A stretch of 64,000 nt of DNA from Hormiphora californensis. Taxonomy: Eukaryota > Animalia > Ctenophora. A program made the translations under genes and the position numbers. How positions within the stretch are numbered: position 1 is the first letter of the stretch; each line of letters begins with the position of its first letter. The stretch lies in contig CM035357.1 of NCBI GenBank assembly GCA_020137815.1, forward strand, positions 1,488,001 to 1,552,000. The letters are read 5' to 3'. Below the pieces are notes generated by a model. That model saw only the letters and a program-made list of their open reading frames with translations, was not told the DNA's origin and did not search any database. Shown piece after piece: positions 1 to 21,502 of the stretch.

Positions 1-303
1 GAGAGAGTGTTGAGAGAATGAGTGCGTTGTGAGGCGTCAGGGGATTGTGAAGGAGGCGCTCTGTTATCAGCCCATTTCTTTGTGTGTCGTTGTACCTTGT
101 CGTTATAGATTCGGTTGTTCTAGATTCTGGGTGATGGATTTGTTTGTTTACGATTATGCCATTACCACACGGTGATAGATCGAGTTTGCTAAATCATTGA
201 GCCAATGAAGACCCGTCGTATACGACAGTTTACTTTTAATTTTATTGCCGACGGTGCTAATAATTGCAAATAATTGATCCCATTTTTAGTTATAATCAAA
301 ACC

Positions 304-5468
<5,165 letters not shown>

Positions 5469-6874
5469 AAATAAGTATAGGAAGCTTATAGTTGAATTGT
5501 TTGTTAATTTCAATATATTTCCTTTAAAATAGTTCTTTTCTTAATCTTAATGAGATTATCCTGTTACCTGTCACAGCCCCAGAGCCCTCTTTCAGTTCCA
5601 CAACACCCACGGGATATTCTAAAACTTTCCCACTTTGACCCCCCTAACCTACAAGAAAATGGCAAAAATGCATCAGCGAAAAACTACGTCCAGACGTAGT
5701 CTAGATGTAATCTAGACGTAGTCTCACAGAAACTTTCCCAATTCGATCCCCCTAATCAGTTTCTTAGAGATTAGGAGGTCAAAGTGGGGAAGTGTCTAAG
5801 AGATTGGGTGAGTCAAAGTGGCAATGTTTCTTAGAGATAAGTAGGTCAAAGTGGAAAAGTTTCTTAGAGATAAGGAGGTCAAAGTTGGAAAGTTTCTTAA
5901 AGAAAAGTAGGTCAAAGTGGGAAAGTTTCTTAGAGATAAGGAGGTCAAAGTGGGAAAGTTTCTTAGAGATAAGGAAGTCAAAGTGGGAAAGTTTCTTAGA
6001 GATAAGGAGGTCAACGTGGGAAAGTTTCTTAGAGATAAGGAGGTCAAAGTGGGAAAGTTTCTTAGAGATTAGGAGGTCAACGTGGGAAATTTTCTTAGAG
6101 ATAAGGAGGTCAAAGTGGGAAAGTTTCTTACAGATAAGTAGGTCAAAGTGGGAAAGTTTCTTAGAGATAAGGAGGTCAAAGTGGGAAAGTTTCTTAAAGA
6201 TAAGGAGAGCAACGTGGGAAAGTTTCTTAGAGATAAGGAGGTCAAAGTGGGAAAGTTTCTTAGAGATAAGGAGAGCAACGTGGGAAAGTTTCTTAGAGAT
6301 AAGGAGGTCGAAGTTGGAAAGTTTCTTAGAGATAAGTAGGTCAAAGTGGGAAAGTTTCTTAGAGATAAGGAGGTCAAAGTGGGAAAGTTTCTTAGAGATA
6401 AGGAGGTCAAAGTGGGAAAGTTTCTTAGAGATAAGGAGGTCAAAGTGGGAAAGTTTCTTAGAGATAAGGAGGTCAAAGTGGGAAAGTTTCTTAGAGATAA
6501 GGAGGTCAAAGTGGGAAAGTTTCTTAGAGATAAGGAGGTCAAAGTGGGAAGTTTCTTAGAGATAAGGAGGTCAAAGTTGGAAAGTTTCTTAGAGATAAGT
6601 AGGTCAAAGTGGGAAAGTTTCTTAGAGATAAGGAGGTCAAAGTGGGAAAGTTTCTTAGAGATAAGGAGGTCAAAATGGGAAAGTTTCTTAGAGATAAGGA
6701 GGTCAAAGTGGGAAAGTTTCTTAGATATAAGGAGGTCTAAGTTGGAAAGTTTCTTAGAGATAAGTAGGTCAAAGTGATAAAGTTTCTTAGAGATAAGGAG
6801 GTCAAAGTGGGAAAGTTTCTTAGAGATAAGGAGGTCATAGTGGGAAAGTTTCTTAGAGATAAGGAGGTCAAAGT

Positions 6875-8355
6875 GGCAATTTCTGATTTGCCGCATACGG
6901 CGTCTAGACGGCGTCGCAACGCCGTCTAGACGGCGTCTAGACGGTATACCGTCTGGACGGGTTTCGGTGAAATCAGCTAAAAACGGTACCGAAATTGCTT
7001 GAGACGGGTTATAGACGGTATCAGACGGTCTCTAGACGGGTTATAGACGGTATCAGACGGTGTTGCGACGGTATCAGACGGTCTCTAGACGGTGTCTAGA
7101 CGGTACCGTCCCGGCGTCTGGACGGTGTCTGGACGGTGTCTAGACGGTATCCGTCCGAAGTTGAGACGGCACGTCTGAAAATTGTACCAGACGTTGAGAC
7201 GGACTTTTAGAACTCCGTCTGTATTTCAGACGGAGTTTTAAAAGTACGTCTCAACGCAGTCTAAAGGAAAATCGATGAAAGTACCGTCTAGACAACGTCT
7301 CAACTGAAACCGGTCAACATACCGTCTAAACAACGTCTAGACAACGTCTAAACAGAATCTCGCGATTCAGTTTCAAATACCGTCTAGACTTAACTTCTCC
7401 AGCAATTTCGATAAGAATACCGTCTAAACAACGTCTCAAATAATGATGTCTAGACTCGACCGTTTTCGAAGACTATTCTGGATTACCCATGCCAGTTGGA
7501 ATTAGTGGTAGATGTGTGCCTATTGAATGAAAATTACACATGTGTTTAACCAGCACAGTCGTACCGCGATGCTCGGGGACGGGAAAGGGGTTATCCTCCC
7601 GGTAATTTTCGTACCCAACTTCTTACATTCAACCAAACTGTTTTGGTATCTCCACATTCACTCTTACATCCAGCTATCGCGTTGTAATACAACTGTGAGA
7701 TACTGTTTATGGCTGATACTATCAGTGATAGATAGTGTCGGTTATGAGACGTTGTTTAGACGGTATCTGTATCGGATTCGCTTAAGACGTTGTCTAGACG
7801 TTGTTTAGACGGTATTCGTATCGAAATTGCTGGAGAAGTTGTCTAGACGGTATTTGAAACTGAATAGCGAGATTCTGTTTAGACGTTGTCTAGACGTTGT
7901 TTAGACGGTATGTTGACCGGTTTCAGTTGAGACGTTGTCTAGACGGTACTTTCATCGATTTTCCTTTAGACTGCGTTGAGACGTACTTTTAAAACTCCGT
8001 CTGAAATACAGACGGAGTTCTAAAAGTCCGTCTCAACGTCTGGTACAATTTTCAGACGTGCCGTCTCAACTTCGGACGGATACCGTCTAGACACCGTCCA
8101 GACGCCGTCCAGACGCCGGGACAGTACCGTCTAGACACCGTCTAGAGACCGTCTGATACCGTCGCAACACCGTCTGATACCGTCTATAACCCGTCTAGAG
8201 ACCGTCTGATACCGTCTATAACCCGTCTCAAGCAATTTCGGTACCGTTTTTAGCTGATTTCACCGAAACCCGTCCAGACGGTATACCGTCTAGACGCCGT
8301 CTAGACGGCGTTGCGACGCCGTCTAGACGCCGTATGCGGCAAATCAGAAATTGCC
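6875..8355. mobile_element. Foldback/Mutator-like non-autonomous element with ~560-bp TIRs and a 9-bp TSD, inserted in the satellite
   Basis: Ends GGCAATTTCTGATTTGCCGCATACGG...CCGTATGCGGCAAATCAGAAATTGCC. Arms ~6875-7435 and ~7795-8355 are built of GTCTAGACG subrepeats. GGTCAAAGT flanks both sides (6866-6874, 8356-8364). Confidence 0.88.
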
Positions 8356-8710
8356 GGTCAAAGTGGGATAGTTTCTTAGAGATAAGGAGGTCAAAGTTGG
8401 AAAGTTTCTTAGAGATTTGGAGAGCAAAGTTGGAAAGTTTCTTAGAGATAAGTAGGTCAAAGTGGAAAAGTTTCTTAGAGACTAGGTGGGTCGAATTTGA
8501 AAAGTTTCTTAGAGATAAGGAGGTCCAAGTGGGAAAGTTTCTTAGAAATAATGAGGTCAAAGTGGGAAATTTTCTTAGAGATTTGGAGAGCAAAGTTGGA
8601 AAGTTTCTTAGAGATAAGGAGGTCAAAGTGGAAAAGTTTCTTAGAGACTAGGTGGGTCGAATTTGAAAAGTTTCTTAGAGATAAGGAGGTCCAAGTGGGA
8701 AAGTTTCTTA

Positions 8711-8845
8711 TGCAGACACCTACGATATAAACATTTTGAAATTACTATAGTGGGACATGGAAGTGAGTCTAGACATTATTTGCGTAGAGTACATGTCGAG
8801 TTGGCCGTGTGGCCAAAATCTTTATTATTATTATTATTATTATTA
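8711..8845 (+). mobile_element. Short insertion ending in a (TTA)n tail, probably the 3' end of a non-LTR retroelement
   Basis: 135 bp of unique sequence interrupts the monomer at TTCTTA|GAGAT and ends in about eight TTA units. No TSD is visible. Confidence 0.6.
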
Positions 8846-11800
8846 GAGATAAAGAGGTCAAAGTGGGAAATTTTCTTAGAGATTTGGAGAGCAAAGTTGG
8901 AAAGTTTCTTAGAGATAAGGAGGTCAAAGTGGAAAAGTTTCTTAGAGACTAGGTGGGTCGAATTGGAAAAGTTTCTTAGAGATAAGGAGGTCAAAGTGGG
9001 AAAGTTTCTTAGAGATAAGGAGGTCCAAGTGGGAAAGTTTCTTAGAGATAAGGAGGTCAAAGTGGGAAAGTTTCTTAGAGATAAGGAGGTCAAAGTGGGA
9101 AAGTTTCTTAGAGATAAGGAGGTCAAAGTGGGAAAGTTTCTTAGAGATAAGGAGGTCAAAGTTGGAAAGTTTCTTAGAGATAAGTAGGTCAAAGTGGGAA
9201 AGTTTCTTAGAGATAAGGAGGTCAAAGAGGGAAAGTTTCTTAGAGATAAGGAGGTCAAAGTGGGAAAGTTTCTTAGAGATAAGGAGGTCAAAGTTGGAAA
9301 GTTTCTTAGAGATAAGGAGGTCAAAGTTGGAAAGTTTCTTAGAGATAAGTAGGTCAAAGTGGGAAAGTTTCTTAGAGATAAGGAGGTCAAAGTGGGAAAG
9401 TTTCTTAGAGATAAGGAGGTCATAGTGGGAAAGTTTCTTAGAGATAAGGAGGTCAAAGTGGGATAGTTTCTTAAAGATAAGGAGGTCAAAGCTGGAAAGT
9501 TTCTTAGAGATTTGGAGAGCAAAGTTGGAAAGTTTCTTAGAGATAAGGAGGTCAAAGTGGAAAAGTTTCTTAGAGACTAGGTGGGTCGAATTTGAAAAGT
9601 TTCTTAGAGATAAGGAGGTCCAAGTGGGAAAGTTTCTTAGAGATAATGAGGTCAACGTGGGAAATTTTCTTAGAGATTTGGAGAGCAAAGTTGGAAAGTT
9701 TCTTAGAGATAAGGAGGTCAAAGTGGAAAATTTTCTTAGAGACTAGGTGGGTCGAATTGGAAAAGTTTCTTAGAGATAAGGAGGTCCAAGTGGAAAAGTT
9801 TCTTAGAGATAAGGAGGTCAAAGTGGGAAAGTTTCTTAGAGATAAGGAGGTCAAAGTGGGAAAGTTTCTTAGAGATGAGGAGGTCAAAGTGGGAAAATTT
9901 CTTAGAGATAAGGAGGTCAAAGTTGGAAAGTTTCTTAGAGATAAGTAGGTCAAAGTGGGAAAGTTTCTTAGAGATAAGGAGATCAAAGTGGGAAAGTTTC
10001 TTAGAGATAAGGAGGTCAAAATGGGAAAGTTTCTTAGAGATAAGGAGGTCAAAGTTGGAAAGTTTCTTAGAGATTTGGAGAGCAAAGTTGGAAAGTTTCT
10101 TAGAGATAAGGAGGTCAAAGTGGAAAAGTTTCTTAGAGACTAGGTGGGTCGAATTTGAAAAGTTTCTTAGAGATAAGGAGGTCCAAGTGGGAAAGTTTCT
10201 TAGAGATAATGAGGTCAAAGTGGGAAATTTTCTTAGAGATTTGGAAAGTTTCTTAGAGATAAGGAGGTCAAAGTGGAAAAGTTTCTTAGAGACTAGGTGG
10301 GTCGAATTGGAAAAGTTTCTTAGAGATAAGGAGGTCCAAATGGAAAAGTTTCTTAGAGATAAGGAGGTCAAAGTGGGAAAGTTTCTTAGAGATAAGGAGG
10401 TCAAAGTGGGAAAGTTTCTTAGAGAGAAGGAGGTCAAAATGGGAAAGTTTCTTAGAGATAAGGAGGTCAAAATGGGAAAGTTTCTTAGATATAAGGAGGT
10501 CAAAGTTTGAAAGTTTCTTAGAGATAAGGAGGTCAAAGTGGGAAAGTTTCTTAGAGATAAGGAGGTCAAAGCGAGAAATTTTCTTAGAGATAAGGAGGTC
10601 AAAGTGGGAAAGTTTCTTAGAGATAAGGAGGTCAAAGTTGGAAAGTTTCTTAGAGATAAGTAGGTCAAAGTGGGAAAGTTTCTTAGAGATAAGGAGGTCA
10701 AAGTGGGAAAGTTTCTTAGAGATAAGGAGGTCAAAGTGGGAAAGTTTCTTAGAGATAAGGAGGTCAAAGTTGGAAAGTTTCTTAGAGATAAGTAGGTCAA
10801 AGTGGGAAAGTTTCTTAGAGATAAGGAGGTCAAAGTGGGAAAGTTTCTTAGAGATAAGGAGGTCAAAGTGGGAAAGTTTCTTAGAGATAAGGAGGTCAAA
10901 GTTGGAAAGTTTCTTAGAGATAAGGAGAGCAAAGTTGGAAAGTTTCTTAGAGATAAGGAGGTCAAAGTGGAAAAGTTTCTTAGAGACTAGGTGGGTCGAA
11001 TTTGAAAATTTTCTTAGAGATAAGGAGGTCCAAGTGGGAAAGTTTCTTAGAGATAATGAGGTCAAAGTGGGAAATTTTCTTAGAGATTTGGAGAGCAAAG
11101 TTGGAGAGTTTCTTAGAGATAAGGAGGTCAAAGTGGAAAAGTTTCTTAGAGACTAGGTGGGTCGAATTGGAAAAGTTTCTTAGAGATAAGGAGGTCCAAG
11201 TGGAAAAGTTTCTTAGAGAAAAGGAGGTCAAAGTGGGAAAGTTTCTTAGAGATAAGGAGGTCAAAGTGGGAAAGTTTCTTAGAGATAAGGAGATCAAAGT
11301 GGGAAAGTTTCTTAGAGAGAAGGAGGTCAAAGTTGGAAAGTTTCTTAGAGATAAGTATGTCAAAGTGGGAAAGTTTCTTAGAGATAAGGAGGTCAAAGTG
11401 GGAAAGTTTCTTAGAGATAAGGAGGTCAAAATGGGAAAGTTTCTTAGAGATAAGGAGGTCAAAGTTTGAAAGTTTCTTAGAGATAAGGAGGTCAAAGCGA
11501 GAAATTTTCTTAGAGATAAGGAGGTCAAAGTGGGAAAGTTTCTTAGAGATAAGGAGGTCAAAGTGGGAAAGTTTCTTAGAGATAAGGAGGTCAAAGTGGG
11601 AAAGTTTCTTAGAGATAAGGAGGTCAAAGTTGGAAAGTTTCTTAGAGATAAATAGGTCAAAATGGGAAAGTTTCTTAGAGACTAGGTGGGTCGAATTGGA
11701 AAAGTTTCTTAGAGATAAGGAGGTCCAAGTGGAAAAGTTTCTTAGAGATAAGGAGGTCAAAGTGGGAAAGTTTCTTAGAGAGAAGAAGGTCAAAATGGGA

Positions 11801-14800
11801 AAGTTTCTTAGAGATAAGGAGGTCAAAATGGGAAAGTTTCTTAGATATAAGGAGGTCAAAGTTTGAAAGTTTCTTAGAGATAAGGAGGTCAAAGTGGAAA
11901 GTTTCTTAGAGATAAGGAGGTCAAAGCGAGAAATTTTCTTAGAGATAAGGAGGTCAAAGTGGGAAAGTTTCTTAGAGATAAGGAGGTCAAAGTTGGAAAG
12001 TTTCTTAGAGATAAGTAGGTCAAAGTGGGAAAGTTCTTAGAGATAAGGAGGTCAAAGTGGGAAAGTTTCTTAGAGATAAGGAGGTTCAAAGTGGGAAAGT
12101 TTCTTAGAGATAAGGAGGTCAAAGTTGGAAAGTTTCTTAGAGATAAGTAGGTCAAAGTGGGAAAGTTTCTTAGAGATAAGGAGGTCAAAGTGGGAAAGTT
12201 TCTTAGAGATAAGGAGGTCAAAGTGGGAAAGTTTCTTAGAGATAAGGAGGTCAAAGTTGGAAAGTTTCTTAGAGATAAGGAGAGCAAAGTTGGAAAGTTT
12301 CTTAGAGATAAGGAGGTCAAAGTGGAAAAGTTTCTTAGAGACTAGGTGGGTCGAATTTGAAAATTTTCTTAGAGATAAGGAGGTCCAAGTGGGAAAGTTT
12401 CTTAGAGATAATGAGGTCAAAGTGGGAAATTTTCTTAGAGATTGGAGAGCAAAGTTGGAAAGTTTCTTAGAGATAAGGAGGTCAAAGTGGAAAAGTTTCT
12501 TAGAGACTAGGTGGGTCGAATTGGAAAAGTTTCTTAGAGATAAGGAGTCCAAGTGGAAAAGTTTCTTAGAGAAAAGGAGGGTCAAAGGGGAAAGTTTCTT
12601 AGAAATAAGGAGGTCAAAGTGGGGAAGTTTATTAGAGATCAGGAGGTCAAAGGGGAAAAGTTTCTGTAGAGAGAAGGAGGTCAAGTTGGAAGTTTTCTTA
12701 GAGATAAGGATGTCAAGTGGAAAGTTCTTAGAGAAAGGAGGTCAAAGGGGGAAAGTTCTTAGAGTTTTTTAAGAGATAAGGAGGTCAAAATGGGAAGTTC
12801 TTAGAGATAGGGGAGGTTCAAGTTTGAAAGTTTCTTAGAGATAAGGAGGTAAAGTGGAAAGTTTCTTAGAGATAAGGAGGGTCAAAGCGGAGAAATTTCT
12901 TAGAGATAAGGAGTCAAACGTGGGAAAGTTTCTTAGAGATAAGGAGGTCAAAGTGGGAAAGTGATTCTTAGACCCGATAAGGAGGTTCAAAGTGGGGAAG
13001 TTCTTAGAGATAAGAGGTCCAAAGTTGGAGGAAAGTTTCTTAGAGATTAAATAGGTCAAAAATGGGAAGTTTCTTAGAGGACTAGGTGGGTCGAATTGGA
13101 AAAGGTCTTAGAGATAAGGAGGGTCCAAGTGGCAGCAGGCCGGCTCCGAGCGCCTCGCGGCGGTGTTGGCTAGATCACAGGCCACACGACGTATCATAGA
13201 GCGGGCGGACAGCACGGCGCGGGTCAAAGTGGGGAGAGCCGACACGCCGTGCTTTCACGAAGGATGAGGAGGTCAAAGGTGGGAAATTATTATTGTTCTT
13301 AGAGACCGACACCGGAGTCAAAGTTGTGAAAAGTTTCTTAGAGATAAGTAGGTCAAAGTGGAAGGAAAGTTTCTTATAGGATAAGGAGATCAAAGTGGGA
13401 AAGTTTCTTCGAGATAAGGAGTCAAAATGAAAGTTTTCTTAGAGATAAGGAGGTCAACGTTGGAAAAGTTTCTTAGATATTTGGAGAGCAAAGTTGGAAA
13501 GTTTCTTAGAGATAAGGAGGTCAAAGTGGAAAAGTTTCTTAGAGACTAGGTGGGTCGAATTTGAAAAGTTTCTTAGAGATAAGGAGGTCCAAGTGGGAAA
13601 GTTTCTTAGAGATAATGAGGTCAAAGTGGGAAATTTTCTTAGAGATTTGGAAAGTTTCTTAGAGATAAGGAGGTCAAAGTGGAAAAGTTTCTTAGAGACT
13701 AGGTGGGTCGAATTGGAAAAGTTTCTGTTTCTTAGAGATAAGGAGGTCAAAGTGGGAAAGTTTCTTAGAGATAAGGAGGTCAAAGTGGGAAAGTTTCTTA
13801 GAGAGAAGGAGGTCAAAATGGGAAAGTTTCTTAGAGATAAGGAGGTCAAAATGGGAAAGTTTCTTAGAGATAAGGAGGTCAAAGTGGGAAAGTTTCTTAG
13901 AGATAAGGAGGTCAAAGTTGGAAAGTTTCTTAGAGATAAGTAGGTCAAAGTGGGAAAGTTTCTTAGAGATAAGGAGGTCAAAGTGGGAAAGTTTTCTTAG
14001 AGATAAGGAGGTCAAAGTGGAAAGTTTCTTAGAGATAAGGAGGTCAAAGTTGGAAGTTTCTTAGAGATAAGGAGAGCAAAGTTGGAAAGTTCTTAGAGAT
14101 AAGGAGGTTAAAGTGGAAAAGTTTCTTAGAGACTAGGTGGGTCGAATTTGAAAATTTTCTTAGAGATAAGGAGGTCCAAGTGGGAAAGTTTCTTAGAGAT
14201 AATGAGGTCAAAGTGGGAAATTTTCTTAGAGATTTGGAGAGCAAAGTTGGAAAGTTTCTTAGAGATAAGGAGGTCTAAAGTGGAAAAGTTTTCTTAGAGG
14301 ACTAGGTGGGTCGAATTGGAAAAGTTTCTTAGAGATAAGGAGCTCCAAGTGGAAAAGTTTCTTTAGAGAAAAGGAGGTCAAAGTGGGAAGTTTCTTAGAG
14401 ATAAGGAGGTCAAAGTGGGAAAGTTTTCTTAGAGATAAGGAGGTCAAGTGCGGAAAGTTTCTTAGAGAGAAGGAGGTCAAAGTTGGAAAGTTTCTTAGAG
14501 ATAAGTATGTCAAAGTGGGAAAGTTTCTTAGAGATAAGGAGGTCAAAGTGGGAAAGTTTCTTAGAGATAAGGAGGTCAAAATGGGAAAGTTTCTTAGAGA
14601 TAAGGAGGTCAAAGTTTGAAAGGTTCTTAGAGATAAGGAGGTTTACAGTGGGAAAGTTTCTTAGAGATAAGGAGGTCAAGCGAGAAATTTTCTTAGAGAT
14701 AAGGAGAGGTCAAAGTGGGAAAGTTTCTTAGAGATAAGGAGGTCAAAGTGGGAAAGTTTCTTAGAGATAAGGAGGTCAAGTGGGAAAGTTTCTTAGAGAT

Positions 14801-15149
14801 AAGGAGGGTCAAAGTTGGAAAGTTTCTTAGAGATAAATAGGTCAAAATGGGAAAGTTTCTTAGAGGAATAGGTGGGTCGAATTGGAAAGTTTCTTAGAGA
14901 TAAGGAGGTCCAAGTGGAAAAGTTTCTTAGTAGATAAGGAGGTCAAAGTGGGAAAGTTTCTTAGAGATGAGGAGGTCAAGTGGGAAAATTTCTTAGAGAT
15001 AAGGAGGTCAAAGTTGGAAAGTTTCTATAGAGATAAGTAGGTTCAAAGTGGGAAAGTTTCTTAGAGATAAGGAGATCAAAGTTGGGAAAGTTTCTTAGAA
15101 GATAAGGAGGTCAAAATGGGGAAAGTTTCTTAGAGATAAGGAGGTCAAA

Positions 15150-18990
<3,841 letters not shown>

Positions 18991-20670
18991 TCAAAGTGGG
19001 AAAGTTTCTTAGAGATAAGGAGGTCAAAGTGGGAAAGTTTCTTAGAGATAAGGAGGTCAAAATGGGAAAGTTTCTTAGAGATAAGGAGGTCAAAGTTGGA
19101 AAGTTTCTTAGAGATTTGGAGAGCAAAGTTGGAAAGTTTCTTAGAGATAAGGAGGTCAAAGTGGAAAAGTTTCTTAGAGACTAGGTGGGTCGAATTTGAA
19201 AAGTTTCTTAGAGATAAGGAGGTCCAAGTGGGAGAGTTTCTTAGAGATAATGAGGTCAAAGTGGGAAATTTTCTTAGAGATTTGGAAAGTTTCTTAGAGA
19301 TAAGGAGGTCAAAGTGGAAAAGTTTCTTAGAGACTAGGTGGGTCGAATTGGAAAAGTTTCTTAGAGATAAGGAGGTCCAAGTGGAAAAGTTTCTTAGAGA
19401 TAAGGAGGTCAAAGTGGGAAAGTTTCTTAGATATAAGGAGGTCAAAGTGGGAAAGTTTCTTAGAGAGAAGGAGGTCAAAGTGGGAAAGTTTCTTAGAGAT
19501 AAGGAGGTCAAAATGGGAAAGTTTCTTAGAGATAAGGAGGTCAAAGTTTGAAAGTTTCTTAGAGATAAGGAGGTCAAAGTGGGAAAGTTTCTTAGAGATA
19601 AGGAGGTCAAAGCGAGAAATTTTCTTAGAGATAAGGAGGTCAAAGTGGGAAAGTTTCTTAGAGATAAGGAGGTCAAAGTTGGAAAGTTTCTTAGAGATAA
19701 GTAGGTCAAAGTGGGAAAGTTTCTTAGAGATAAGGAGGTCAAAGTGGGAAAGTTTCTTAGAGATAAGGAGGTCAAAGTGGGAAAGTTTCTTAGAGATAAG
19801 GAGGTCAAAGTTGGAAAGTTTCTTAGAGATAAGTAGGTCAAAGTGGGAAAGTTTCTTAGAGATAAGGAGGTCAAAGTGGGAAAGTTTCTTAGAGATAAGG
19901 AGGTCAAAGTGGGAAAGTTTCTTAGAGATAAGGAGGTCAAAGTTGGAAAGTTTCTTAGAGATAAGGAGGTCAAAGTGGGAAAGTTTCTTAGAGATAAGGA
20001 GGTCAAAGTGGGAAAGTTTCTTAGAGATAAGGAGGTCAAAGTGGGAAAGTTTCTTAGAGATAAGGAGGTCAAAGTTGGAAAGTTTCTTAGAGATTTGGAG
20101 AGCAAAGTTGGAAAGTTTCTTAGAGATAAGGAGGTCAAAGTGGAAAAGTTTCTTAGAGACTAGGTGGGTCGAATTTGAAAAGTTTCTTAGAGATAAGGAG
20201 GTCCAAGTGGGAAAGTTTCTTAGAGATAATGAGGTCAAAGTGGGAAATTTTCTTAGAGATTTGGAGAGCAAAGTTGGAAAGTTTCTTAGAGATAAGGAGG
20301 TCAAAGTGGAAAAGTTTCTTAGAGACTAGGTGGGTCGAATTGGAAAAGTTTCTTAGAGATAAGGAGGTCCAAGTGGAAAAGTTTCTTAGAGATAAGGAGG
20401 TCAAAGTGGGAAAGTTTCTTAGAGATAAGGAGGTCAAAGTGGGAAAGTTTCTTAGAGATAAGGAGGTCAAAGTGGGAAAGTTTCTTAGAGAGAAGGAGGT
20501 CAAAGTTGGAAAGTTTCTTAGAGATAAGTAGGTCAAAGTGGGAAAGTTTCTTAGAGATAAGGAGGTCAAAGTGGGAAAGTTTCTTAGAGATAAGGAGGTC
20601 AAAATGGGAAAGTTTCTTAGAGATAAGGAGGTCAAAGTGGGAAAGTTTCTTAGAGATAAGGAGGTCAAAG

Positions 20671-21502
20671 GGTACCCGCCCTCCCTGCCGATCGTCGGTA
20701 CAGAGGGTAAAAGGAGGGGTAAAATGTCCTCCCTGCCGATCGTCGGTACAGAGGGTAAAAGGAGGGGTAAAATGTCCTCCCTGCCGACGGCCCTCCCTGC
20801 CGATCGGTAGGGAGGTCCGTCGGCAGGGAGGGCAGAAAATAGGGGTATAATGTCCTACGTGCCGACGGCGATCTCATCCCAATTTCGTCGGCACGTAGGA
20901 CATTATACCCCCATATCCCGCCCTCCCTGCCGAATGACCTCCCTGCCGACCCGTCGGCAGGGAGGTCCGTCGGCAGGGAGGGGGTGACTCTGGTTAGGGC
21001 GATGGTTAGGGCGATGGTTTGGGCTAAGTTTGGGTTATGGTTTCGTCGGCACAGAGGGTGAAAAGGAGGGGTAAATGTCCTCCCTGCCGATCGTCGGTAG
21101 TGAGGCTGAAAAGGAGGGGTAAATGTCCTCCCTGCCGACGGCCCTACTTGCCGATCGTCGGTACAGAAGGTAAAAGGAGGGGTAAAATGTCCTCCCTGCC
21201 GATCGTCGGTACAGAGGGTAAAAGGAGGGGTAAAATGTCCTCCCTGCCGATCGTCGGTACAGAGGGTAAAAGGAGGGGTAAAATGTCCTCCCTGCCGACG
21301 GCCCTCCCTGCCGATCGGTAGGGAGGTCCGTCGGCAGGGAGGGCAGAAAATAGGGGTATAATGTCCTACGTGCCGACGGCGATCTCATCCCAATTTCGTC
21401 GGCACGTAGGACATTATACCCCCATATCCCGCCCTCCCTGCCGAATGACCTCCCTGCCGACCCGTCGGCAGGGAGGTCCGTCGGCAGGGAGGGGGTGACT
21501 CC
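20671..21502. mobile_element. GC-rich non-autonomous element with an 8-bp TSD and an internal direct duplication, inserted in the satellite
   Basis: GGTCAAAG lies at 20663-20670 and 21503-21510. Termini are imperfectly inverted (CCCTCCCTGCCGA / TCGGCAGGGAGGG). It has ~48-bp subrepeats and a twice-present 26-bp-stem hairpin GGGGTATAATGTCCTACGTGCCGACG...CGTCGGCACGTAGGACATTATACCCC. Confidence 0.8.

Noticed and set aside
7440-7790. Captured gene fragment (Pack-MULE-like) in the foldback spacer
   Set aside because: I could not recognise any protein similarity and the frames I read are short; a BLAST search would be needed.
13130-13320. GC-rich island inside the satellite as another insertion
   Set aside because: Monomer fragments persist in register within noisy sequence, and there is no TIR or TSD; it is probably read error.
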